NCBI GenBank assembly: GCA_951406725.2
Contig: OX597814.1
Coordinates: forward strand, 220,410,001-220,474,000
Direction: 5' to 3'
Length of the DNA stretch: 64,000 nt
From: Octopus vulgaris
Lineage: Eukaryota
Shown: positions 1 through 10,967 of the stretch, one piece after another
Position numbering within the stretch: the stretch's first letter is position 1
How the letters are laid out: each line of letters opens with the position of its first letter
Program-made: the position numbers and the translations under genes
The notes under the pieces: generated by a model
Told to the model about the DNA's origin: nothing
The model's database searches: none
What the model saw: only the letters and a program-made list of their open reading frames with translations

Positions 1-183
1 TTTTCCTCCAAACAGAACATTTTAATATGGAATTAGAAATAGTAGCTGCCAATATATTTCAACAGAAATGTTGTGAGATACAATCAATGCTTGCAGGATA
101 TGACCATATGGTTAGAAAGTTTGTTTTGGAACCACTTGGTTACAGGTTCAATCCCACAGAGTTTAACTAAGATTTACCTATAC

Positions 184-530
184 CATCATCATCATCATCA
201 TCATTTAGCGTCCGCTTTCCATGCTAGCATGGGTTGGACGGTTCAACTGGGGTCTGGGAAGCCAGAAGGCTGCACCAGGCCCAGTCTGATCTGGCAATGT
301 TTCTACGGCTGGATGCCCTTCCTAACGCCAACCACTCCGTGAGTGTAGTGGGTGCTTTTTACGTGCCACCTGCACAGGTGCCAGATGGAGCTGGCAAACG
401 GCCATGGACGGATGATGCTTTTTACGTGCCACTGGCACGGGGGCCAGACGAGGCTGGCAACGGCTACGATCGGATGGTGCTTTTACGTGCCACCGGCACG
501 GGGGCCAGGCGAGGCTGGCAACGGCCATGA
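184..530 (-). mobile_element. (GAT)n-tailed SINE-like retroposon (family A) with 3 internal ~62-bp tandem units
   Basis: (CAT)n followed by ttagcgtccgctttccatgctagcatgggttggacgg...ggatgcccttcctaacgccaaccac; near-identical copies at ~8.6, 13.1, 31.8, 39.3, 42.7 and 51.3 kb. Confidence 0.85.
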
Positions 531-861
531 GACTGAAATTTCTTTGAGAAACTGTGTGGAAACCTATCTATTCATTTACACATTCATTCAAACACACATA
601 CACACACAAGTACAAATATACATACATTGTTCTCTCAATTCCATTACATCTGCTTTCATCAAACTGTCTCTCCACCTTGCTCCTCCCTCTTCCCATTATG
701 TTGTTTCATGCTGTATCTTTATTCATCTATTCAGCCTCCTTACTGACTAATAACATGTAGCTGCCATCAATGTCTCTTTTCCATAACTTCCTTTCCAACC
801 AATTATCTCTGTTCTATTCACCCTTTCAGTTAAGCTGTCTTGAATGAACAGAGACAATAAA

Positions 862-1655
862 GTGTGGTGAGGACTATTTGGTCTTACTTCTCAACCATAT
901 GGATTCAGGTTCAGTCCCACTGCATGGGCATCTTAGGTTAAGTGTCTGCTACTTTAGCCTCAAGTTGGTAAAAGTATTGTGGTTGGATTTGGGAGATGGA
1001 AACTGAAAAGAAACCTGTTGTATGTGTGTGGTGTGGTGTGGTGTGTGTGTGTGTAAGTGAGAGAGTGCATGTTTGCATGCAAGTTTGTGCCTCCTGTCTT
1101 GACATCATATGATAGTTGTAAACAAGTATCACTGTCATACAAGCAGTGTCATTCATTTCCAGTTTTCTGAGAAAACATATCTGGCCAATTAGAAATACTA
1201 TCTTACGTGGAAACAAGTGAGGGTTGGTAACAAGAATAGTTAAGTTAAGTTGAGTTAATTTTTTGGCTCAAAAAGCAAAAAGCAAGGCCATGTAGGGGGA
1301 CATGGAGTTATGTACAGGGAGGGTGTTCATGCAAAGAGTTCAGGCCATTTCTGATCAAGAGAGACTTTGAACCGAGCGGTCGTCAGCATCTTCACTATCT
1401 CGTCCGGCAGCTTATTCCACGGACCCGCAACCCGGACGGAGAAAGCCCCTCTCCTTCGATTGAGATGAAATCGTCGCAGATAGAGCTTTTCGGAGTGACC
1501 CCGCAGCCGACGCTCTGGAGCAGGAGTGAAGAACAGCTCTTTCGAGAGGTTACATTTTCCGCTTATAAATAGCATCCATCTGTAGAAAATCTGCCTGAAT
1601 GAATTCCATGTGACCTGTGCAAGCATGGAAAAGTAGACATTGAAATAATGAGGAT
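862..1655 (+). mobile_element. Old tRNA/CORE-type SINE with RTE-like tail, split by a CR1-like insertion
   Basis: B-box-like ggttcagtccc, CORE-like cttaggttaagtgtct, internal (GT)n; the tail motif resumes at ~1568 (gcatccatctgtagaaaatctgcc...gcaagcatggaaaagtagac). Confidence 0.65.
1240..1567 (-). mobile_element. CR1-group LINE 3' fragment
   Basis: Translates to RRLRGHSEKL...FSVRVAGPWNKLP...FKVSLD (typical CR1 ORF2 C-terminus); short (AACTT)n tail; AATAG repeated at 1235-1239 and 1568-1572 (TSD). Confidence 0.8.
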
Positions 1656-2453
1656 AAGGATGATACCTGAAGTATGACTTTTTGATGAAGAATTACCAAA
1701 TGGCAATTTAAGTGAACAATGCCCTTGGAAGAGGAAAATGAGTATCAAACCTTAGAAAAAGGTACTGCAACAAATAGTGAGAAAACCTGTCCAACTTATA
1801 CTGGCAAAGAAAAGCTGGACATAAAAAAGTGATGAAGATGTACAGTGGATATATGTACCTGAAGGTGTTGTGATATTGATAAGCAAAATATAAGCTATAG
1901 AAAGACAGTCATTCAAACTTCCATCCACTCACTACTTTTGTCAGTACTCATTGAAATACTTGTCATACCTTTCTGTGAAAGTTCCTAACTTGATAGCAAA
2001 ACACATTGCTAAGAGAGGTCTACACATTTCAATATAGATTAATTTCAAATATTATGGAATAGTGAATTTAGAAGGAGCTAGCTTGTTGATTTTCTACTAA
2101 ATGCTATTTCAGCTGCACTTCATTTAAACATTCAATGGGAAAAACAGAACTAATAAAAAAATATCTTATCTACTTGTACGGCATCAGCTACGAGTAAACT
2201 ATATTAAGCAGTCTTAACATTTTCTGCAAGACATGATTAAAAATGATAAATAAATAAAGAAAATAAATAAATAAGTAAATAGACTTCAAATTATATACCA
2301 TGTATAATTAAAATTTCTGAAAAGTAATTTTCTATCTAGGCTCACAAATAGTGGTGATGTACAGGATATATATTGATAAAAAAAAAAAAAAGTGTTTGCT
2401 CCTCCAGACATTTTTGCTGTTTTGATATAGTTGACATTTTACTATGTAGTAAG

Positions 2454-2455
<2 letters not shown>

Positions 2456-2511
<56 letters not shown>

Positions 2512-2536
2512 ATATATATATATGTATATATATATG

Positions 2537-2572
<36 letters not shown>

Positions 2573-2605
2573 CACACATATATACATACATACATACATA
2601 CATAC
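2456..2605. repeat. (TA)n/(TACA)n/(CA)n microsatellite
   Basis: Direct reading. Confidence 0.95.
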
Positions 2606-2920
2606 CATGTAGACTTTTAAAAAGTTTTATGAGTATTTTTTAATGAGCAAATACTTTGTTAACCTGATCAAACTAAATCTGAAATAAAGAACTTGAATAC
2701 TAATATACAACACACAAACACATAAAAACATACATGTATGTGTGTGTGTATGTGTGTGTATATCTAAATACACACATATGCATATATACTCAAAGATGTT
2801 TACATGTACACAATCAAATAAACTATTTGTATATTGGAGTAAGTGGCACTACAATTAAATAGTATTTATGTATTAAAGATATATTATTATTATCCTCATT
2901 ATTATTATTATTATTATTAC

Positions 2921-3086
2921 ATCAATGCCATACCTGACTTTGTCATCTTGCTGGATGGGACCAGGCTAAATGTTATTGTAGAGGGGCGAAAGCCAAAATG
3001 TTTCCTCTGCAGTAGCGAAAGCCACCTAAAAAGGGACTGCCCCATTCAAAAAAAGAGAATGGAGGAGTATAGCAAGAGGCAGCAGC

Positions 3087-3126
<40 letters not shown>

Positions 3127-3953
3127 CAAGCAACAACAACAGAAACAACAAAAACAGCAAGAAAAACCAAAGGCTGCCACACCACCAACACCATCACCAA
3201 CACCAGCACCAAGACGAACAACACCACCTCCAACAACAACAACCACCACCAAACCAACACCGACAACCACCACCAAACCAACACCGACACCAGTACCTCG
3301 AAGGTCGACAGCAGCGACATCAACAGTAACAGGAGCAGCGGCACCACCGATACCGGCGGAACCAAAAAACTTTTCGTCCTGCTACTGAAGCAGACCCCTC
3401 AACCATTCCTTTGCCGGATGAAGAGATCTCGGATTGTGCGAGCTCTGATTCCAACAAAGGAGAATGGAACATAGTGCCTCCAAAAAAGAAAAGGAGGAAA
3501 AAACAAAAAGATTTACAGGGGAAACACGAACAAATAGTACTTCCCAACATCAACAACAACATCAACAACAACACACACTCACAACAACAAACAACAACAA
3601 CAACAACACTTTCGACACCACTACTGCCACTACCACAGACACAAACAAACACAGACACAATTACAGACACGATTACAGCAGTGAATACAAGAAACCAGGA
3701 ACTGGTTGAGTATTTGAAAAACAAAACAAGCACAAACATTACAGATTTCATAATACCTACACACAACACACCACCAGCACACATTCTCACAATAAAAATA
3801 AACAAAACAGTTTACAACGAAATAAAACAAATATTCCCTAATGATGTGGGATCGTTAGGGAAAAGTTTCTCTCAGAAACTTTACAAAAATATTATTGAAG
3901 CACCCGTGCAAAAGCACAAGGGAGCCACCCCCACCACCAACAACAGTAAGTAG
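2921..3953 (+). pseudogene. ORF1 (gag-like) C-terminal part, 5'-truncated and frameshifted near 3364-3369
   Basis: IPDFVILLDGTRLNVIVEGRKPK-CFLCSSESHLKRDC (CX2CX4HX4C), poly-Q, Pro/Thr-rich linker; continues in the +1 frame (EWNIVPPKKKRRKK...) to a stop at 3953. Confidence 0.75.
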
Positions 3954-3996
3954 AGCCTTTTTTCTCCTTTTTTTTTTTTCCCCTAACTTTTGAAAC

Positions 3997-6900
3997 ATGG
4001 CAAATCTTAGAATCGGTTGCTTGAATGTGAGAGGCCTCGGGTCACCTTGGAAACAGGGTCACCTGTTAAACGACCTGAGGTTTCATGATGTGGATGTAGC
4101 AGCCATCAGTGAAACCAGGCTCTCCCACCCGCAGGAACTCGCAGCCCTTTTCGGCGGATACGAGATATTTCTATCTCCGTGTCGGCCGGGAGCGGGCGGT
4201 GGTGGTACTGCGGTGTTGTTTCGGAAGGGCCTGGACCTGAAAATAAGGACAGTCTTCTTGGATCCGGAAGGTAAGTTGGTGGTCCTCGACGTCGACGGTA
4301 GTGACGGCGGTGCTTTCAGACTGCTGGCTGCCTACGCTCCGACAGGAGCAGGGCAGTCGGATTATTTCAAACGTCTGGAAGTTTTCCTGGGAACGTCACG
4401 CACTCTAGTGCTAGTTGGGGATTGGAACGCTGTCTTAGACGAACGTTTCGATCGGGTGGGCAGGGGAGCGTCTGATAGGAGAGGGGGAGGGTGCAAGAGC
4501 CTCGCCAACCTACTCGGCCGCTTTCAACTGTCCGACAGGTTTCGACTAGACAACCCGAATGTGCCAATGTGGACTTGGACAAACCGCATCGGGTCGTCTA
4601 GATCGTACTTAGATAGAGTGTTTTGTAGGCCAGCGGATAAGGACAGCGTAGGGTGTCCACAATTCCACCTAGTCGAATATACGGACCACAAATTAGTGAT
4701 CTGTACGGTCAACTTAGATAGGCTACATAGACAGGGACCCGGCTACTGGAAGCTGAACGCGTCGTTAACGGCGTGCAAAGCTTACAGAGACCGGATTAGT
4801 TTACTAGTTAAGCGGGCGCTCACGGGGGCAATCATCAACAACAACTGGTGGTTTGCCCTCAAGAGAGCAATTAGAGTAGAGTCGATTAGGTATAGTAAGA
4901 CTCTAGCTATTGAACGTAGGAAGAGAGAGCGGGATTTAGTTAAGAAACTAGACGAGGCTCTTGACACTGGCATCGCGACCGACGTGTTGGCGGCAAGGTT
5001 GGCCCTCGACCAACACTTCGACGCCAAACACGAGGGCTGCGTTGTCAGAGCTAAGGCACGCTCGCTAAGCGGGGAGGGGACTAGAGCCGCTCGATGGGCC
5101 CGCGTGGCGGAGGCGAAGCGAGGCAACAGAGCAACCATTCGGTCTTTGGTGGACCAGAACGGGCGCGAGGTTACCCAACCGAAGCAGATGTGTACGGTGC
5201 TTCAGCGGCACTTTGCTCAACTGTTTGGGACGAGCGGTGGAACGGACACCAACAGTACAGACTTCGGTGTGTACCTGGACGGACTGCCGCAACTCTCGGA
5301 CAGCGAGGCAGAGTGCTGCGAAGGACCGATATCTGCCTGGGAAGTACAGGAAGCGATGAAGAGTTGCACGAGAGGTAGATCGCCGGGTTTGGATGGTCTG
5401 CCCTACGAGCTTTACTTTTCAATGCCAGACTTGTTTGCGGACCTGTTGGCAAACGTCTACTGCAACTGGCAGCAAAACGGGAGAATTCCTGCTTTTGTCT
5501 GTCGAGGGGTGGTGGCTTTGCTAAAGAAGGACCCAAACAAGGGGGACGTTATAGGGAATTTCCGGCCCATCACTCTGCTCAATGCAGAGTTGAAGATTTT
5601 GGCCAAGGTGCTAGCCAAGAGATTGGCGCTTGTCGTGGACAAGCTGGTCGGCGAGACGCAGACATGCACCGTGCCGACCAGGTCGATACACGACAACCTC
5701 CATCTCATGCGCTACATCTTAGAGAGGGTGGGTAACGACGCTGGCGCGGGTGGGGCTTTGATCAACTTGGATCAGAGTAAAGCCTTCGATAGGGTCGACC
5801 ATCGGTACCTGGCAGCTGTCCTCAGGGCAGCCGGCTTCGGTCCAGTCTTCCGCGGGTGGATCGCTGCTTTATACAGCAACATCTGCTCGGTGATACGGGT
5901 GAACGGTCACATTTCGGAACCGTTCGACATCTCGCGTTCGGTCCGCCAAGGATGCCCTCTCTCCTCCCTCTTGTACATTTTGACTCTCGAGCCATTACTG
6001 CGCAAGTTGGAGGCTTTGAGGGGTATCCCGCGCGATCTAGGAGGCGGAAACAGCGTGTCTGCTTATGCCGACGACGTCACCGTGGTGGTGTCGAGTCACA
6101 GGCACATTGGCCTGATTGGCGAGACGCTAAACCAGTACGAAGCGGTGACAGGGGCAAAGATTAACACGGAAAAGTCTGTGGGCTTACAACTGGGCACCTG
6201 GAGAGGCAAGCCCATGCCGTCCAACAGCGTCGTAGGGCGCTGGACAGACGGACCCGTTAAACTGCTCGGGGTCTGGTTCGGTCCGGACCTCCAGGTGGAT
6301 AAGAACTGGGAAGAGGTGACGAGCAGGGTGGCACGTCTCACCCAGAAATGGGCCGAGAGGAAGCTGTCCCTGAAAGGTCGAGCGGAGGTGGCGAATGCGT
6401 ACATCGCATCCGTTATCTATTACCGCTTGACCGTCGTCCCTTGTCCCGACCGCTGGTTGGCCAAGCTGGTACGTCTGCTCTTCGACTTTTTGTGGAAGGG
6501 TCAGGTGCCACTGGTCAGGCGATCCATCTGCTGTCAACGACCGCTGAACGGAGGCCTTGGAATGCCGTGGTTGCTGTTGCGCAGACATGCGCTCAGGCTG
6601 CGGCATCTCAAGCGCTTCCTAGACGGTGAACAGGTGTGGTCGTCTTTTGTCAGACGCGATTTTCCGCAGCTCGTCTCTTTGACGGAGCTGCAGACCTGGA
6701 TCAAACGTAGACCGAGAAAGGGCGCTTGGCACCTCGAGTGCCGTCAAGCTCTCTCCGCCCTCCGCCAGGCGGGCAATGCGATCGGTTACAGCTCCACTCT
6801 AGCGTTCTATAGAGGGTTAGTGGAGGAAAAATGCGACGACGTTCTCGGGGAAGCTCTAGGCGTTGAAGATGACGAACTGAGCGGTCTGTTCGGGAGGACT

Positions 6901-7431
6901 TTCGGGCCGGGGCCGATGGATAATTTCCAGAGGTCTCTCGCTTGGCAGTGCTACCGAGGGGCTCTGCCTGTTCGAGATAAACTCTACCGGCACGGAAGTG
7001 CCGTCAGCCGGGCCTGCCCAAGGTGTTGCCAGGATGACGAAACCGTTCTGCACGCACTCGTTCAGTGCCCGAGTATTGCTGAAATATGGGTTTATGTCGA
7101 ACAGCTACTGTCACGTGTAGGACGGATCCGACTATCGGCCGAATCCATAGTGAAGATTGCCCCGCCGACCTCCTTTAACAAGGAGGGCGAGGCCGTTTTC
7201 TTGTGCCTAGTGGCTGTGGCGAAAGAGGTGGTGTGGTGGACTCGTTTGAAAGGGCTAAAGACAGACACTTTCCTCTTTGGTCAAGGCCTCATCAACTTTT
7301 TCAAGTTTCACTTGAAAAGGAAGATGAGGTTAGAGAGGAAAGTGCTGTCCGATAGCAAGTTTTATGAAAGGTGGGTGAATTGTGCGAGACTGGCCTGTAT
7401 AAATGGACCAGTTCTCAGGTTTCGCCTGTGA
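3997..7431 (+). CDS. LINE ORF2 polyprotein: APE endonuclease + reverse transcriptase + C-terminal zinc-binding motif
   Basis: 1144-aa open frame. APE motifs LNVRGL, ISET, GDWN, SYLDRVF, TDH; RT motifs SPGLDGLP, FRPITLLN, LDQSKAFDRVDH, VRQGCPLS, YADD, LLGV; C-terminal CPRC...ETVLHALVQC. Confidence 0.95.
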   Translation: MANLRIGCLNVRGLGSPWKQGHLLNDLRFHDVDVAAISETRLSHPQELAALFGGYEIFLSPCRPGAGGGGTAVLFRKGLDLKIRTVFLDPEGKLVVLDVDGSDGGAFRLLAAYAPTGAGQSDYFKRLEVFLGTSRTLVLVGDWNAVLDERFDRVGRGASDRRGGGCKSLANLLGRFQLSDRFRLDNPNVPMWTWTNRIGSSRSYLDRVFCRPADKDSVGCPQFHLVEYTDHKLVICTVNLDRLHRQGPGYWKLNASLTACKAYRDRISLLVKRALTGAIINNNWWFALKRAIRVESIRYSKTLAIERRKRERDLVKKLDEALDTGIATDVLAARLALDQHFDAKHEGCVVRAKARSLSGEGTRAARWARVAEAKRGNRATIRSLVDQNGREVTQPKQMCTVLQRHFAQLFGTSGGTDTNSTDFGVYLDGLPQLSDSEAECCEGPISAWEVQEAMKSCTRGRSPGLDGLPYELYFSMPDLFADLLANVYCNWQQNGRIPAFVCRGVVALLKKDPNKGDVIGNFRPITLLNAELKILAKVLAKRLALVVDKLVGETQTCTVPTRSIHDNLHLMRYILERVGNDAGAGGALINLDQSKAFDRVDHRYLAAVLRAAGFGPVFRGWIAALYSNICSVIRVNGHISEPFDISRSVRQGCPLSSLLYILTLEPLLRKLEALRGIPRDLGGGNSVSAYADDVTVVVSSHRHIGLIGETLNQYEAVTGAKINTEKSVGLQLGTWRGKPMPSNSVVGRWTDGPVKLLGVWFGPDLQVDKNWEEVTSRVARLTQKWAERKLSLKGRAEVANAYIASVIYYRLTVVPCPDRWLAKLVRLLFDFLWKGQVPLVRRSICCQRPLNGGLGMPWLLLRRHALRLRHLKRFLDGEQVWSSFVRRDFPQLVSLTELQTWIKRRPRKGAWHLECRQALSALRQAGNAIGYSSTLAFYRGLVEEKCDDVLGEALGVEDDELSGLFGRTFGPGPMDNFQRSLAWQCYRGALPVRDKLYRHGSAVSRACPRCCQDDETVLHALVQCPSIAEIWVYVEQLLSRVGRIRLSAESIVKIAPPTSFNKEGEAVFLCLVAVAKEVVWWTRLKGLKTDTFLFGQGLINFFKFHLKRKMRLERKVLSDSKFYERWVNCARLACINGPVLRFRL

Positions 7432-7736
7432 TTTCAAAGAAAAAGGTAATGTAAAAGGAGAAGAAAGGGGACTCTCTACACCCCCTTTTTTTTTGACCAG
7501 GCTCCCGTTGGCTTTTGTAGGGTTTTTTCCACCAGGAACCTTTCGAGACGTCTCCCCCTTTTGGGAGTTTTTCATTGTTGAATTTTATAAGTTGTTATAA
7601 AGATTTTTACTCGATGTTTTTAAAAAAACGGCAAAACCCTTTGTAACCTTTCGTCCTGTCTTGTCCCTTTATGTAATCATGCGTGTCAGCCCTTGTGGCC
7701 AATAAAAAAGAATTGATTATTATTATTATTATTATT

Positions 7737-7962
7737 AAGGTGGAAAGTAAGCATAATTTTTAGCTTGCTGGACAAAACAGTGGCATTTCATCTGTCATTA
7801 CATCCTGAGTTCAAATTACGCAGAGGCCGACTTTACTTTTCATCCTTTCAGGATGAATGAAAATAAGTACCAGTTGCACACTGGGGTTGATGTAATCAAC
7901 AAGCCCCTACCACCAACAGTTTCAGACCTTACACCTATAGTAGAAAGGATTTATTATTATCA
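7737..7962 (+). mobile_element. tRNA-derived SINE (family C, Meta/MESC-like central domain) with (ATT)n tail
   Basis: gagttcaaatt B-box-like motif; cttttcatcctttcagg...aagtaccagttgcacactgggg central motif; similar copies at 18.5-18.9 kb and 52.6 kb. Confidence 0.7.
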
Positions 7963-8610
7963 TTATTGAGTGAGAAAGCGGCATATGTTATCAAAGTGAC
8001 ACTGGGATACAAATATATGAAGCCCAATATAGCCATCATGACAACCCGTCTGATAAGGGTTCACCAGGCACATGCATCACAACCATATATGTATGACATG
8101 GTGATCTAATATCAAGATAAACACCACATGACCTTGCTGGTAGGGCCCAGTTAGAATTTTCTTCAGGTCGAGTAGCCCATTATTACTGTTGTTGTTGTTG
8201 TTGTTGTTGTTGTTGTCGTTGCTGCTGCTGCTGTTGTTGTTGTTAGAAAATTACACCAACATCAAAATATCATTGCAGGCACAGAAAAAAAAATTGTTTT
8301 GAACCTTCAGCCAGACTGCATAAATTTACTGTAGATAATCGAAAGAGTCACCCTTTTTTTCAACAGCGTCCACATAAAATAAATTAAGTACATAATAAAT
8401 ATTAATTATTCATTAAATACAAAATATAAATGTGATATAAGATAAATGTCAAAGTAGCAATAAACTTTCTAAAAACCATTTCCACTTGTAGCCATTCATT
8501 TCTATTAAGATTTTAATGCTTTTGGGAAAGGTTTGTCTCAGTTCCCATATTCTTGCTGAATCACTCATACATTGTTAAAATAAGCTATATCATAATTTGA
8601 TAACTAATAT

Positions 8611-8781
8611 ATCATCATCATCATCATCATCATCGTTTAACGTCCGTTTTCCGCGCTAGCACGGGTTGGACGGTTCGACTGGGGTCTGGGAAGCCAGGGG
8701 CTGCTCCAGGCTCCAGTCTGATCTGGCAGAGTTTCTACAGCTGGATGCCCTTCCTAATGCTAACCACTTCGAGAGTGTAGT
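8611..8781 (-). mobile_element. Family A retroposon, 5'-truncated
   Basis: (CAT)n plus the same 3' body as 184-530. Confidence 0.8.
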
Positions 8782-8814
8782 TATATATATATATATATAT
8801 GTATATCACCATAA

Positions 8815-9010
8815 TCATCATCATTGTTTAATGTCTGTTTTCCAGGCTGGCATGGTTTGAGTGAGGTCTGGAGAGCCAGCGGCTGTACCAGGCTCCAATC
8901 TGATCTGGTAATGTTTCTACAGCTGGATGCCCTTCCTAATGCCAACCACTTCGAGAGTGTACTGAGTGCTTTTTATGTGCCACCGGCACAGAAGCCGGTG
9001 GCACATAAAA
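8815..9010 (-). mobile_element. Family A retroposon ending in a fold-back inversion
   Basis: Same body; 17-bp perfect inverted repeat at 8971-9010. Confidence 0.75.
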
Positions 9011-9424
9011 CTTGAGCAAGTGGTAGGTAGGTAGGCGATCATCTGATCCAACAATAATCATTTCAGTAGATTCAATTCCTGTCTACAGGAAGAGAGAAAA
9101 GGGAAATCACAATATATATAGAACATCAAGGGAAAGTAAAAGGAAACATTAGTATCTGGGAGAGTTGGCCTGAGAGCTACTAATTGGAGACATACTCGAC
9201 ACGTAGTCAACTAGACGTCAACAGATGGAGTGAGGAATAATGTAAAGTGACAAACATCATTAAATTTCACAAACAAACATAAATGTAAATCAGGAAGGAA
9301 GAATATGAATGAACGAACAATAAGGAAACCAGGTAGGAATCAAATGAACCAATATCTTAAGAGAAACGGTAATAAGAACAACAACTCTAGCACCACCAAC
9401 AGTAATAACTGGGTTTGTAGTATT

Positions 9425-9760
9425 CTACAGATGGATGCCCTTCCTAATGCCAACCACTTCAAGAGTGTACTGGGTGCTTTTTATGTGCCACCGGCACAGG
9501 AGCGAGTCAGGCGGGCCTAACATCAATCATGTTCAGTTAGTGCTTTTTACATGCCACCAAGCACAGGGGCCAGTCAGTGGGGACTGTCATCAGCCATGTT
9601 CGGATGGTGTCTTTTACAGGCCAGTGGCACAAGAGCCAGTCAGGAGGTACTAGCATCGGCTTCATTTGGTTGGACCATTTTATGTGCCACTGGCACGGGA
9701 GCCAGTTGAGCGGTCATGGTATCGATCATGTTTGGATGGTGCATTTTATGTGCCACCGGT
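9425..9760 (-). mobile_element. Family A fragment with 4-5 diverged ~66-bp tandem units
   Basis: Repeated ggtgc-ttttatgtgccac-ggcac motif at ~66-bp period. Confidence 0.75.
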
Positions 9761-9841
9761 ACATATAAATACATTTGTTAAGTACTAAATTTACTTTATT
9801 TGGATGCCTTTGAAAAAAGGGTGACAATTTCGATTATCTAA

Positions 9842-9842
9842 A

Positions 9843-9900
<58 letters not shown>

Positions 9901-9950
9901 TATATATATATATGTACATATATATATATGTATATATGTACATATATATG

Positions 9951-9983
<33 letters not shown>

Positions 9984-10110
9984 GTATATATGTATATGTA
10001 TATATATTTGTATATGTATATGTATATATATTTGTATATGTATATGTATATATATTTGTATATGTATATGTATATATATTTGTATATGTATATGTATATA
10101 CATATATAAT
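9842..10110. repeat. Compound (TA)n/(TATG)n microsatellite
   Basis: Direct reading. Confidence 0.95.
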
Positions 10111-10113
10111 ATA

Positions 10114-10923
10114 CACGATGTTTCCTTCTATTATGCAGGTCAATCATTCCTCAATAAAATCAGAACCCCTTGTCTGATTTTCTTGAAGTTTTTATGAGAT
10201 ATGTATGATTATATGCTTCATGTCTTGTGTACTTTTCGCCTAAATTGGTGGACATTTAAAGTAGAAACCTATAACTTTAAATATTCTCTCATCAACCGAT
10301 TTTGTCAATTTCTCCACAATCTCACTTTTAATATTTCTTGCAGTAGTTTTTATTGCTTCTCGTAGTAAATCTGTGTTTGGATATTGTTTACTATTAGAAT
10401 ATACATCATAGAGTGTGAAGGGGCATTATCATGCATAAATGTGCGCTTTAACTTGAAACTTCATCATGTCCACTTGTACCATGGTAAACAGTTGTCATCG
10501 AGAAACTTGCAATAATTTCCAGTATTTATTTTGACTCTATTTAGCAACCTTAAGTGGACCTATAACATCTCCTCCAACTATACCGGTCCCAAACACGATT
10601 CCTCCACCACTCTGTTGTCTGTCTCCTTAACCGTGTTGGTTGGCTTTTTCCATGTAACACCCAGCCTCTTGCCCATCCATCAGGTCCATCTAATGTTGCT
10701 CTGCACTTTACTCTTTTACTTGTTTCAGTCAGTTGACTGCGGCCATGCTGGAGCACCCCCTTTAGTCAAGCAACTCGATCCTGGGACTTATTCTTTTTGT
10801 AAGCCCAGTACTTATTCTATCGGTCTCTTTTTGCCGAACTGCTAAGTGACGGGGACATAAACACACCAGCATTGGTTGTCAAGCAATGCTTGGGGGGCAA
10901 ACACAGACACACAAACATACATG

Positions 10924-10967
<44 letters not shown>

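Larger units (their letters stand above)
2920..7715 (+). mobile_element. Tx1/L1-clade non-LTR retrotransposon, 5'-truncated in ORF1
   Basis: ORF1 remnant with CCHC knuckle, T-rich spacer, intact ORF2, 3' UTR with AATAAA at 7701; (TTA)n on both sides (2882-2919, 7716-7736). Confidence 0.9.

Noticed and set aside
345-530. CRISPR-like repeat/spacer look of the family A arrays
   Set aside because: The spacers are homologous to each other, the arrays sit in a dispersed tailed retroposon, the DNA is eukaryotic and there are no cas genes
3364-3370. A-AAA-AAC programmed -1 frameshift in ORF1
   Set aside because: The continuing frame is +1; the -1 frame closes after about 35 codons
4367-7053. Short antisense and alternate-frame ORFs within ORF2
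   Set aside because: Shadow ORFs of a GC-rich coding sequence
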